A stretch of DNA of 64,000 nucleotides from Octopus sinensis (taxonomy: Eukaryota). Position 1 is the stretch's first letter, and every line of letters begins with the position of its first letter. The stretch is from contig NC_043006.1 in NCBI RefSeq assembly GCF_006345805.1, positions 26,536,001-26,600,000 on the forward strand, read 5' to 3'. Positions 25,361-37,453 of this stretch are shown here, one piece after another. Position numbers and translations under genes: made by a program. Below the pieces are notes generated by a model, which was not told the origin of the DNA, did not search any database, and was given only the letters and a program-made list of their open reading frames with translations.

Positions 25361-25606
25361 GGATTAAAAGCAGGAAAACATATTGGTGCTCTTGCCTACT
25401 CTGAAACAACATCTAAATCTTCTCAAAGGAGTGTTGGTGATGTAATAGAGATTGCAGCACTTTCTTCTGCTGGAAACAAAAATTCTACTGAAGCACCTAA
25501 CTTCAAACGACAAAGATCTTTCATGCGACGGAAGAGATTTAGTGGATTAAATGATACAAAGTCACAACTGCGAAAGGATGTAGTGAAGAGTTGTGTTGTT
25601 ATGTGA
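25361..25606 (+). CDS. RND: Rnd/RhoE-like GTPase, terminal coding exon 5 (G5, polybasic tail, CAAX)
   Basis: TTTTTTATAG acceptor. Encodes GLKAGKHIGALAYSETTSK...FKRQRSFMRRKRFSGLNDTKSQLRKDVVKSCVVM*. The end resembles Rnd3 (LRKDKAKSCTVM). Joined CDS is 693 nt = 230 aa + stop. Confidence 0.93.
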   Translation, partial: GLKAGKHIGALAYSETTSKSSQRSVGDVIEIAALSSAGNKNSTEAPNFKRQRSFMRRKRFSGLNDTKSQLRKDVVKSCVVM

Positions 25607-25774
25607 TCTGGTCTAATAGCCATTGCCAATTTCTTTGTTCCATTTATTAAAAGAAAATGAAATGGAGAAAGTTGATAAAATTGTAACAATAGTAGTTTCC
25701 TTACAACTACAGTTAGTATTTAATGAACAAAGAGTAATTTATATTGTTTCATTATCGAACCATATACAACGTAT

Positions 25775-25780
25775 AATAAA
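25775..25780 (+). promoter_or_regulatory. Candidate polyadenylation signal of the Rnd-like gene
   Basis: AATAAA about 170 nt after the stop codon. The sequence is AT-rich, so a chance match is likely. Confidence 0.25.
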
Positions 25781-26664
25781 CTAAGTTGTGAGGTTCTACA
25801 AAACATGCATATACTTCAGTCAGCTAAATATCAATCTTAACAACCATTTGAGAACATATTTCTCGTTACGTTATCACTCAGTATTTCCTTACAAAGCAAG
25901 AAATGCAAGTTATGATCAAGAAATTGGTGTATACCTAAAAATTAATGTTGCAAGATTTTGTATCAATGTTTTTTAAAAAAATATTACAAATTTCCAGCTG
26001 TGTTATTGTTTTGTTTATTCTTTCTTCATTGGTATGTAGTTTGTTCCTTGTCTGTATGAGCTTAATGAAATGCAAACCATCTAAAGGTTGCACGTTCTTG
26101 GTATTAAGTATGTTTGTTTCTTAGCCTTAATTGCTTGATTCCTTTCTATATGCTTTAACGGTGGTCAGAAAGTTTTTCCAAATAGATTTACTGTTTTGGT
26201 TTTTGAATTTAATATTTGTTAATGTTTACACTTCATTATATTTATGTTGAACACGAAACTACAAATCACAATTCAATATTTATTTAAATCATTTTAATAA
26301 TTTTCCTGTGATTAATTTAGGAAACTTCTAAAGGTTGAACTTGCAATACTAGCAAAAATATCAATTTGAAATCCATTTCACAAATTAAACTCATCCATGA
26401 TAAAAAGGAATCTTCTACTACTTTAGAATTGCTTTATTGTCATTTGATGTAGTATAGTGTTGATATTGAATATAGCACAATTTTCAAATAATTGAAAATT
26501 TGAGTTGTATGCTATCTATGAGATTGGATATAGAAAAGTGCAAATATTAGCAGAAAATAAATTTAGCTTATGATATAATTTATGCACTAACCAGTTTAAC
26601 TGAAATCTAGTTTGAATACATATGAATAGCTATGAGCTACTAATCTCCATGAACAAAAGGTGTA

Positions 26665-26706
<42 letters not shown>

Positions 26707-26711
26707 CCTTT

Positions 26712-27096
26712 TACCATTTACTTGTTTCAGTCATTAGACTGTGGCAATGCTGGGGCACTGCCTTAAAAGGTTTAGTTGAAAAAATTGACCCCAGTACTTA
26801 TTTTCTGATGAAGACGGGTATTTATTCTATGGCTTCTTATGCTGAACCATTTACAGGGACATAAACAAAGCAACACTGGTTGTCAAGTAGTGGTAAGAGA
26901 CAAACAAAGACATGCGTAGATATATACATACATGCATGTGTGTGTGTGTACACTGGGCTTCTTTCAGTTTTTGTCTACTAAATCTACTGACAAGGTTTTG
27001 GTTGGCCTAAAACAAAAGTAGAAAACACTTGCCTTGGGACAACTTGGAACCATGTGGTTGAGAAGTAAACTTCTTACCACTTAGTCATACATGCAC
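26712..27096 (-). mobile_element. SINE family 1 copy, diverged
   Basis: Reverse complement of the TGACTGAAACAAGTAAA tail, body and degenerate head. Confidence 0.7.
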
Positions 27097-27929
27097 CGAT
27101 AGATAGATATAACATTTAATGTCCATATTCCATGCTGGCATGGGTTGGATAGATTGATGATCAGTGGGCCAAAGATCTGCCTCCTGTTCCTGCGTCTGCT
27201 TTGGCATGGTCTCTACAGCTGGATGTCTTTCTTAATGCCAACCACTTTGCAGCATGTAATGGGTGGAGTTTTTGTTTTCTTTTTTGATAGGGACAACTAG
27301 CATTAGTGCAGGACTACAAACCCTGAGGGGGCAGCTTTTTGCCAGGAGATTAAGGTTAAAAATGGTTAAAGGTATTAGACAAGGGAGTACAGAGTAGAAA
27401 CAGGTTTCTTGCTGGATAGGTGCTACATGACTACTCATATTTTAGAAGGGAGTGAAAAGTGGTCAAGTGGAGCTAGAGAGTGAGGTGAGAGAGTAGGAGA
27501 TAAGTAAAAATGCTGAACATCAGAATAGCAATAATGAAAGAGTAGACAGGAGAAAGACAAAAGAGGGGTGATACTGAGTAGGTTGCATGTGTGGGTGGGG
27601 AAGAGAGAGGCAGGCATAGAGCATAAGAGAGGTGAGATGCATGTGGTGGAAAGAGCAGAGATAGTTGTTGACCCAGTGGTGGGGAATAATCAATGAAATT
27701 GTGGGTGGAGAACAGATAGACACGTATGTATGATATATAGAAAAGAGAGGCATTAAAAGGCTGTTTAAGAAAATAATGAAAAAATTTTGAAGAAAATTTA
27801 AGTCAACTGGAAAATTTTGAAAATTGTATTCAAGGAAAAAGTTTTACAGAGTAAAGATAAACCTTTTTTACCCTTCAAGAAGGGGATCTTATGGAGGGCT
27901 TCCAGTAACTGAATCTCAATTTTCTTTTA

Positions 27930-29119
27930 TGAGGTGGTATCAAAAAGTTACTAGACCAGCTATGTTTAATTAAAAAAATAACTTATTTACCTAAGTTTTA
28001 ACATTGTCTCCTTCAAAATAGTCATTTTCTATAAATCGAGGATTTTTTGTGATTTGCTCTGGATCTCAACAATGGTGTTAAAATGGTAACCTTTGAGCTG
28101 CATTTTCATCTTGAGGAAGAGATGGAAGTCTGCAGGTACTAAATCTAGTGAATAGGGCAGGTGTGGAAGTGATACCATGTTATTTTTGGCAAGAAACTCA
28201 TGAGCAAGGAGAGCTCAGTGACAGGGTGCATTGTCATTGTGAAGGATCCAATTCTTTATGTTCTACAGATCTGGTTATTTTTGCTGAATGCCCTCCTCAA
28301 GCACTTCAAATTATCACAGTTTGGCCAGGAGTGACCAGTGGGGGGGGGGGCAATTCTCGATACACAATACCACAGATATAGATAAAAAACAATGAGCATG
28401 CTCTTGATTGAGCTGCGGCTCTGTTGTGCCTTCTTCAGTTTTGGAGATGAAGGGTTCTTCCATTGTGATGACTGCTGCTCTGACTCAGGGTCATACCCAT
28501 AGACGTAATTCTCATCACTGGGGATGATCCCTGACATAAAGGATGGGTCATCAGTAGCATGCTGACAGATGTTCTTCCTGCTCAGTGGTCAGCAGGTGGG
28601 AAACAAACTTAGCAGAGACATGCCACATGTTCAATTCAGACATTAGAATTGCCTGCACAAACCCATATGACAGACCAACAACATCTGCAATGTCATTGAG
28701 TGTCCTCCGATGATCCTCATGCACAAGCTGATGAATTTTCTCCACATTTCCAGGGTTGACACTCATGGCAGGTCTTCCAGATTGATTACCATCTTCCAGG
28801 GACATTTTTCCTCTTTTGAAACACCCATGCCACTTGAAAACATTGCGTATGACCCATTGCTTTGTCACTGCAAGCTTGCTGAAGCATGCTCAATGTTTCT
28901 GTAACAGACTTCCCAAGTTTAACGCAAAATTTCACCTCAGTTCTTTGTTCCAACTTTAGTATACACGTGATCACAAAAACACAAATTTCACAACTTGTGA
29001 AGTAAACACAGTATTATCACTCAACATACTGCCTCATGAAAGTCACTGCTAGCTCTCACTATGCATGCAACTTTGTGCTGCCATCTGCTGGCACACTACA
29101 GAACTAGTCTCAGAACTCA
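27930..29119 (-). mobile_element. Mariner (DD34D-like) transposon, internally deleted
   Basis: TA-flanked. Left TIR TGAGGTGGTATCAAAAAGTT, right TIR partly deleted (..CTAGTCTCAGAACTCA). Transposase pieces LEQRTEVKFCVKLGKS, SLEDGNQSGRP, VSAKFVSHLLT, DENYVYGYDPES..SSQWK. Confidence 0.82.
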
Positions 29120-29338
29120 TATGCAGTGGCCTAAAATCTCCAACTTAGCACTTAGGTATAATCTTGGCTTTCATAAGTTCCTTAGTGCTATGTTCTCTTC
29201 TGCAATGTAGAGATTGCATGTCTTGTTATAATTCGTGTATGGTTTTGATTTTCCAGTAACCATCCAATTTATGTCATACACTATGCCTCTCTCTTTTAAC
29301 TTACAGATTTAGCTGGCAAGTTTTGAGGATTCCATTTT

Positions 29339-31067
29339 TATTTTATGCATCTGAAGGAGGCAGCATGATTGTAGGATCATCTGATTGAAAAGCCTTTCAG
29401 TTTATGTGAAATATTTCAAGTTAGTATTCTACTATGCATTGCAGAAAAGTACATAATACTAAGAAACTTACAAGAATCAGAATAGTAACTATATGCTAAG
29501 ATGAAAATATCAGCCCTCACTAATACTAAAAGAAAATTTTACCCACAAATACATGATTCAGCATCCATAAGCTTCCACTTTTTGTTTTCAAAAGTTTCTG
29601 ATATTTCCCAAACCTACTTTTCTACTCGCTCTCTCTCTCTCAGTTTGTGGTTGAAGACCTATACATTTGACGTGTGTACAGCCATGTGAGAGTGTGTGCA
29701 TATGTACATAGATGTGTTAGAGCATGTGTAAGTGTTTGTGGATGGATGCATCTGAACATTGTATGTGTATGTGTGTGCTACATACCTGAATAAGGCAACT
29801 AGAATGTGATAAGAGAGATGAGTCCTCAACCAATTCAATACTTACAGTCCCTATCACCCATTTTATAAATCAATAATAATTTTTTATAGCTTCACTTTCT
29901 TGCATACAGGCTCTGAATTTATGGTACAGAAGGTGACTTCTGAGCAGGCATAAGAGTTGTTTTTGTATATGCCAGTACCCAACAAATTCCAAATGGATAT
30001 GGATTGGAAAGTAGTCACTTCTGCCTTGAAGTTTTAATATATTTCACTGAATAAATAATATTTTGCTTTTATATCTCTGTGTACAAGAGTATGCTTTTGT
30101 CTTGACTTCTCAATTTACTCATTCTCATTTACTTGTTTCAGTCATTTGACTGTGGCCATGCTGGAGCACCGCCTTTAGTCGAGCAAATCGACCCCAGGAC
30201 TTATTCTTTGTAACCCTAGTACTTATCCTATCGGTCTCTTTTGCCGAACCGCTAAGTTACAGGGACGTAAACACACCAGCATCGGTTGTCAAGCGATGTT
30301 GGGGGGATAAACACAATACACAAACATACACATATATATATATATATATACGACGGGCTTCTTTCAGTTTCCGTCTACCACTCACAAGGCTTTGGTTGGC
30401 CCGAAGCTATAGTAGAAGACACTTGCCCAAGGTGCCACGCAGTGGGACTGAACCCAGAACCGTGTGGTTGGTAAGCAAGCTACTTACCACACAGCCACTC
30501 CTACAAATATATATCACTTTTAAGTTTATCTTTGCAAATTTATAGAGGATTATAGAACCAGTACTGAAAGTTACAACATTCCATATATGAATACATCTAT
30601 GTAAACAATGCAATCAAAGATAGAAAAATAGGAAATGCATATTTCAAGAGTTATTGCTTCTTCTTCAGCACTGCATCCAACCCATTAACCATCCATGAAC
30701 TCATTGCTTAAATATCCACTGAGTTTAGTGGTGTAACAGTATCTGATAGACCAATTTACATATTAAACTTATTCCTGGCAACTGATACATACATATTAAT
30801 TACTGGTAGGGATGCCATATTTTGTTTTGCAACCATTATATATTACCAAGTATATTAAAGATTTACAAGTCCTAAAAGTTTTATGTCCTAAAATATGCAT
30901 ATTCACTCACTACTTATTTTTCTATCTTCAATTGCATTGTTTTACATGGACATATTCATTGTATTTTATGCATCTGAAGGAGGCAGCCTGATTGCGGGAT
31001 CATCTGAAGTCTTTCAGTTTATGTGACATATTTCAAGTTAGTATTCTACTATGCATTGCAGAAAAGT
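29339..31067 (+). repeat. About 110-bp direct repeat pair (29339-29450 and 30962-31067)
   Basis: TATTTTATGCATCTGAAGGAGGCAGC...CTATGCATTGCAGAAAAGT occurs twice. The second copy runs directly into the Gypsy remnant. Confidence 0.8.
30123..30502 (-). mobile_element. SINE family 1 copy
   Basis: Reverse complement of 2248-2637 with a small internal deletion. Confidence 0.85.
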
Positions 31068-33265
31068 GTAACAACTGGTGTCAGAAGTGGGATATTTATT
31101 GCTGCAGTTAGCCAATTATTTACTATAAAACCAAAAGGAGTGCATACAAGGAAGCAGGCAGTGAAGGAAGAAGTGTCTCTGACTATGAAAATATTACATG
31201 AACAAAATATTAAACTGAGTTGAAGGAAGAGCAGAAAGCACAACACATACGTCTTCAGGGACAGCTGGACACACTTGTGAAAAGAATGGTGGAAGAACAA
31301 CAGTTCAAGGAAAAGATACATGAATAAGTACAGTTGTGAGCTGGCTGGTAATATTACTAGGTACAAGGAACAGTTAAGCAAACTGGAAGTGTTTAATGAG
31401 AGAATGAAGGCCATAGAACAGTTTCGTTCTGCTGAAACTCAGGCTGATGTTCAGAAAGTGCATGGAGACAGTGGATGGCGTGTTAAATTCTGAAAATGGT
31501 CAAACCTCCAGAGGTGCTCTTTCTGGAGTGGGTATGCCGGCTGGTGGTCAGGAGGTAGTTTTGGATAATGGATGGGAGCATGTATTTAGACCCCAACCTA
31601 GCAAAGTACAAGGCCGTAGTAGAATTTCTAATAATAAGCAGCCGCAAGAATTTGATGATAAAGTGTCATGGGAGACCTACTATATCCAGTTTGAGTTGGT
31701 AGACCAGACTGGATAGAGCAAAGAGCAGTTCAGCTTGCTACTAGTCTAAAGAGTGCTGCACTAGAGGTGCTTAGCCACTTGTCAGAGGACAGAAGCCACT
31801 ATTCTTCATTAGTTGAAGTGTTAGAGAGAAGATATGGTACTATGTGCCAGCCTGCCCAGGACCTGGATAGCATGGCACATAAGGCATACCTTTCAGTAAC
31901 ATCTGACCTCTTGGCTCTTCTGAAAGAGCAGTTTATTGATACTCTGGGCAGTGCAGAGTTCAAGTTAAACAAGCATAGTCGAATACTATGCAAGAGACAT
32001 TGGCTAGAGCTCTGGAATTTGAGTAGTATGTGAGGTCTAGCACAGGAAGATTCCAGGTGGACTACAGTTCTGGATTCAAAGCAAGGAAGGTGCAAGTACA
32101 TGAAACAGGAAGATTTAATGGAAGTTGTTGGTACTGTGACAAGGTAGGACATAAAAGAGAAAGCTGTTTGAAGAAGAAAGTACAAGACATGGTTGGAATA
32201 AATTGGCTCTGAGGGAAGTCAGGACGCAAGAAGCAAGATTGTTACAGCCTGACAAAAAGAGCAAAGGCGGGATGGTAGTAAAAAGTACACACATAGGAGA
32301 GAGTGCTGGACATGTGGTAAAAAGGAACATCTCAGTTTTGACTGGCCTACACTTCCATGGGACAGGATAGTGGGTAAAAGCAGAAAATAGAGTTGGAAAA
32401 CTAGGGTCTGGTGTTAAGGGGCAACTGCCAGCTGAGTATTCCAAAGAAGCCCCACATCCAAGATGTAAAGGGACTGTGATTGACAGCATACAAGTGGAAG
32501 GCTGAACTGACAGCCAAAAGTGCTGCTTTGTAATTGATTTGGCCTCAGAGTAAACTTTTGTGAGCCCCAAGATGTTACAACACCGAGACCTACCAGACTC
32601 ATCACAACAGTCGTGTGGTGTTATTGGGCACTGTACTGGGCTGAAGGTCATGCTTCTAGTCTACATAGTGGAAACGGAGGATCCTTGTCTCTTAGGTCGG
32701 GACTACTTGGCATCTATGCAGTGTCAACTGGACTTCTGCTCGATGAAGCTTTGGGTGAAAGGAAGATCAATTCCTGTCAAGGTAGTAAAGTGGACCATTG
32801 CTGGTGGTGAGGTGAAAGTGTTATGGATGACAGTGATCCCACTGAGATCAGAACTATTGCTCCAGTTTAGTGTGAGTGGCTCATTTCACAGCTGTCTGGA
32901 GATAATAGAGCCTGACAGACAGTGCAAGATGAAGGTTGGAGTAATGGTGGGATGAACCCTGGTGGAGACTGATGCTGATAAGGTGCTGGTTGTGGTGGCC
33001 AATTTCTTGCAGAAGGCACAGAAGATTTGCAAAGGAGAAATTGTGAGATTCTGCCAGGCAGTGTACCTGCAGAAGGAGTGTTGTAAGAGGAAGTAGGGGT
33101 CTGTCAGTATATTTAGAAGGCCTGTTTGCATGGAGTTGTCAGTGCTTGGCTGACACATAAGTGTTGCAGTTGAGGCAGCTGCTAGCGAGATATGCTGATG
33201 TGTTCCCTGCGAGAAACCTGGACCTTGATTGCACAGATCTGGCCGAGCACCATATTGACATAGAC
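31067..33265 (+). mobile_element. Ty3/Gypsy LTR retrotransposon remnant (gag, protease, start of pol)
   Basis: PBS; gag KQPQEFDDKVSWETYYIQFE, LEVLSHL..LERRYG; CCHC knuckle CWYCDKVGHKRESC; protease region ..CLLGRDYL; pol start DVFP..DCTDLAEHHIDI. Many stops and no recognisable 3' LTR. Confidence 0.78.
31076..31093 (+). promoter_or_regulatory. Primer-binding site complementary to a tRNA-Leu 3' end
   Basis: TGGTGTCAGAAGTGGGAT is the reverse complement of ATCCCACTTCTGACACCA, recalled as the metazoan tRNA-Leu(CAA) 3' end. Starts 2 nt after TGTAACA. Confidence 0.75.
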
Positions 33266-33671
33266 CATTATCCAACTGAGCAACCAGATCAGAGTAGCCA
33301 AAAATGTTCTGAAAAAGAAGTCAATACAGAAAGATGTTTGAGAGATAAAAGAAATGTTGAGTCAGAACTGCAAAATGTTCATCAAAACTTTGTAGAGGAG
33401 ACTAAATCTTTCCACAAAATCAAAGAAAAGCATATACAGTGTTTGCAGGAACATGATAGGAAAACCTTGAACCAAAATATAGATCTTTTAATGAAAGAAA
33501 ATGAGAAACTAAAAGAGCAAGTATTTTCACTGAACAGTGACAACAGATTGTCAGAAAATAAATTTCAGCTGATCTGGAAAATTAATGAACTCAAGGCAAA
33601 TCTGTTATATAAAAAAGGGAGACCCAGGAAATTAATGAACTAAAGGCGAAAAAGAATGGGATGACATACAG

Positions 33672-33947
33672 TAGTGCTTCTCAAACTATCTGATGTGGCA
33701 TACCAGCAGTTTTTTTTCCAATGTGCCAGGGACCGGTAATATTTCTTAGTAATATTAATTTATACTGGAAACAATATAATAAAAGTTAACAATTTTTTAA
33801 ATCTTATATTTATTTTGTAAACAAATAATACAATATTCCATAAGCATTTTATAATGTTTCTTTCTTTCCTGGAAACTCACCGCTTACCAGCAGCTGATGA
33901 CTCATAGACTGGTACTAGTCTGCAGACTACTACTTTGAGTAGTACTG
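33672..33947. mobile_element. hAT (Charlie-like) MITE with perfect 8-bp TSD
   Basis: Termini TAGTGCTTCTCAAAC / CTTTGAGTAGTACTG. ACATACAG at 33664-33671 and 33948-33955. Confidence 0.85.
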
Positions 33948-34518
33948 ACATACAGAACAACATGTGTAAAAGGATTGCTATAGAAAAGAGAAAATGCCTT
34001 TCAACTCACAAGATTTTGAATTCAAATTGCAGTGTTTAAGATGGAAATGATTGCATTATGGTAGGAGTAAAGAAGCTTCAGTTCACAGAAAATAATTATC
34101 AGAAGTTGTAAATGGTGTACATTTGTCAAGACAACAAAACGTTTGGGGAAGGTGTAGTGTTACAAATGAAAAATTATATTCAGATAATTTCTCATCCGTG
34201 TGAATTATAACACGACTCTCTGGTTTTGCAAGTGAAAACAAAAAAAAAAATTCTTTGTGGTCTTATGACTGTTTACAGAGTAGACAGTATGATTTTGGTG
34301 TACTTTTTGCCGTGTAGGTGAACTATAAAGACTAATAGGTAAATTCACATGGTGAATTAGTTCATGCTGGAAGCCGATGTGAGCAGTCTTATGTAGTAGT
34401 CGGTGCCATGCAGTTGGGGTGTGAGATGGTGCTGGGCAATTTGTGTGGAACAGTTTACACAATATTTGGTGTCAAGTGTAAAGTTGGTTTCAGTGGTTAA
34501 TGTGAACAGTGAACAGTG

Positions 34519-36430
34519 GAGCTTCTTCTCCATCTTCGGCTGGATCCCGTTGAGGGTTTTTGCCATGAGTGACATCAGTTGCTGTAGTTGTTGGTGTTAG
34601 AGAGATCTCCTTTCTTTGGTACTCGGACAATGTTACTGATCCTCCACTAATTCGGGGCAACTCCTTTTTCCAGTGGCTGGTTACAGAACTCCAGGATGAT
34701 ATCATCAAAATCACACCTCTTCATCACCTCTGGTGCTACTCCATCTCCATGGGCTTTGCCCTCCTCTTCTTCTTGGCTCTCTGAAGATCCTCTTTGGCGA
34801 AGGGTCTCATCTCAATATCCAGTTCCTCAAACAGCTGCCTGATCTCCCCAGTGCTCTGGGTGGTGGAAGGCAGCTCTCGGTCCAGCCATTTACTCTTCCT
34901 ATCCTCAGGCCCCGTTTCTTCCTCTCTGTGATCTTGTTGATGATCATCCAGCTCTTTTTACACCTAGACCCATCAACCACTCTCTCCACACTTCTGATCT
35001 TTTCCACCAGTACCTCCTCCCTGGCCTCAGTGTAAGTGGTACAGAGTTCTTCCTTCATCACCTCCATATTCTCCCTTTTCTCTGCCATAGGATCAGCCAG
35101 GAATTTGTCCATAACAACATCAACTGAAATGGGAGACTATTGAGAGACACCCTGCTGGGGGTGAACTTGATGGCAACCAACCCAAGGTTTAGGAAGAATC
35201 TGGGGAAAATGTGGATCTACATTTCTGATATTCACCTGTCCATGTCCCAGATTGATTTCATTCTGGTGAGGAAGAAGTGGCAGAATAATGTTCTTAACAC
35301 AGAACCATACAACTATTCCAGTACACTGGGCAGTGACCACCGACCTGTTATGAGTAAGGTCCAGGTGAGCTTAAGAAATGACCGGAGAGCTTTCAAGGAA
35401 GATGATAAGCTACAGGAGAGATACACAGCAGAAATGAGGAACAGGTTCAGTGCTCTGTGTGGAAAGGCAGAGGGAAGAGAGATTGGAGGGGCTGAGGAGA
35501 GTGTGACGAGGAGGTACAGGTACTTCACCAAAGCAGTGATAGAAGCAAGTGATGTCCTGGTGTTGAGGAAAAAGAAGAGGAGGAACACCAGATCTGCAGA
35601 CCCAAAAGTGTGTGCAGCTAGAGAACATCTGAAAGCTGCTAAGGACCAATTCATCCTGATGGGATGACAGAGTTCTTTGAGATACTGGAGGGAGTGTTTC
35701 AGGGAGATACATTGGTTCCCTACCTTTTTATCATTATAGTAGACTATTGTATGCACCTTGCATTGGAAAAACACCAGGACTCTGGCTTTACTGCAACACC
35801 GGCTCAGAGCAGGAGGGTTAAGGCTAAAAAGATATTAGACGCTGAATATGTTGATGACAGTTCTGGTGACAAACACAGTGAGGAAGGCAGAGGAGTTGGT
35901 GCAGGAGGTGGAGACTGTCGATGAGTGTGAGGCTGAAAATGAATGAAATTAAGATGAAGTATCTGGTAGAGAACATTAAGAAGACAGAGATCATGAATAT
36001 AGGCAGGAAGATACTAGAGTTGGTTGAGGACTTCCTGTATCTAGGAGCAAAGATTGGGAATACAGAGGGTGATATAGTTGAGAGGAAGAGCAAAGCCTGG
36101 GCTGCATGCCATAGTTCGAGATCTGTATGGAAGTCAGACCTTCGTAAAGACCTGAAGATCTGTCTCTTCATTGCTGCAGTGGAGTCTGTGCTGTTGTATG
36201 GGTCTGAGACTTGGACACTGACCAAAAAATTCATTCAGATGGTGGATGGATGCTACACAAGAATACTGAGGATGGCTCTGAACATGCTCACCATCATCCA
36301 GAGTTGATACTGCACTCAATGCTCCTGTGGGAACCCCTATATGGACACACTAGAAAAGGGAGACTGAGGATGACATATATTGATGCCCTAAGGACAGACA
36401 CTGGTCTCTGAGAGACACAGGACATAGCAG
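34519..36430 (+). mobile_element. RTE-clade LINE (second family), rearranged
   Basis: Plus strand: APE C-terminus IDFILVRKKW..LGSDHRPV (35140-35650); RT LEGVFQGDTLVPYLFII, EYVDD, EDFLYLG, VESVLLYGSETWTLTK (35655-36430). Minus strand 34519-35112: linker and RT start GKAHGDG..VPKKGDLSNTNNY. Confidence 0.82.
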
Positions 36431-36548
36431 CAATGATGAGGGACAAAGACCAATATAAATATAAAAAGGAAAAATAATCGATGAATTTTGTTTTTCTTTT
36501 TGTAAAAAAATTATAAAAATATAAAACTAAACAAACTGTGAAATACAC

Positions 36549-36688
36549 TAGGTTTAGAATTGGGGTCTAAGGTTAGAGTTAGGATTTAGAGTTAGGGTTT
36601 AGGTTTGGAATTAAAGTTTAAGGTTTGGGTCTGGGGTTAGAACTAAAGTTAAGGGTTAGAGTTGGGGTTTAGGGTTAGAATTAGGGTC
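36549..36688 (+). repeat. Degenerate (TTAGGG)n-like tract
   Basis: Imperfect GGTTAG/TTAGGG hexamer run. A shorter (CCCTAA)-like run sits inside the MITE at 45647-45680. Confidence 0.65.
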
Positions 36689-37299
36689 AGTCTGACCAGT
36701 GGATCACCTAAGGTTATATTTTGAGTGAAATTTTTTTTTCTGGAATAAGTGAATAATAAAATCAGATTCAGCATGAAAAATTACAGTTATTACATTTTCG
36801 TAACGAAAGTTTAGAATATAGGTGCAGTAGCAGACAACAGCTTGGTTCGTTACTATGGAAACAGCCACCAGTGTGTCTTGGCTTACGGTTGGCTAAAATT
36901 ACCCCACAGTCGCAAACTTTAAAATCTATTAACTTCTTATTTATTAATTTATGATAAAAATGAATTTCATTTCCATAACTAGGATACAAAACTACATCAA
37001 TACACCAAGTTTAAAATGAATGGGAATAAAAAAAAAATCATCGTGCGTTGTTCCCCCAAAATCGTTCCGGAGGGGAGGGGTAGGCGGGTAGGGATAGAAA
37101 GTAAAAATAAAACATATTTCAAAAATCTTTTTTGATGAAAAAGATGCTCCCACCGCCACCATCATTTCAAAGGCACCATGATAAAAAAAAAAATCTGAAA
37201 AATCAGTCAAAACGGAGATATTCCAATTTATGTGCCACCTATCGCTGACGTCCGCTGGAATAAAATTATAGGACGTGAAAGCCAAACAGAAAAAGTCCA

Positions 37300-37453
37300 T
37301 TACATCAACGTCAGTATTTATTTAAAAAGTAATTACTTTACCGATCCCGAAAGGCAAAGCCGACCTCAGTGGAATTTGAACTCAGAAAATGGGCGAAATA
37401 ACACTAAGCATATTTAACCAACGTGCTAACGATTGTGCTAGCTCGCTGCCTCG
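37300..37453 (-). mobile_element. SINE family 2, 5' part
   Basis: Minus strand reads GAGCTAGCACAATCGTTAGCACG...TGAGTTCAAATTCCACTGAGGTCGGCTTTGCC (tRNA-like A/B boxes). Confidence 0.65.
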
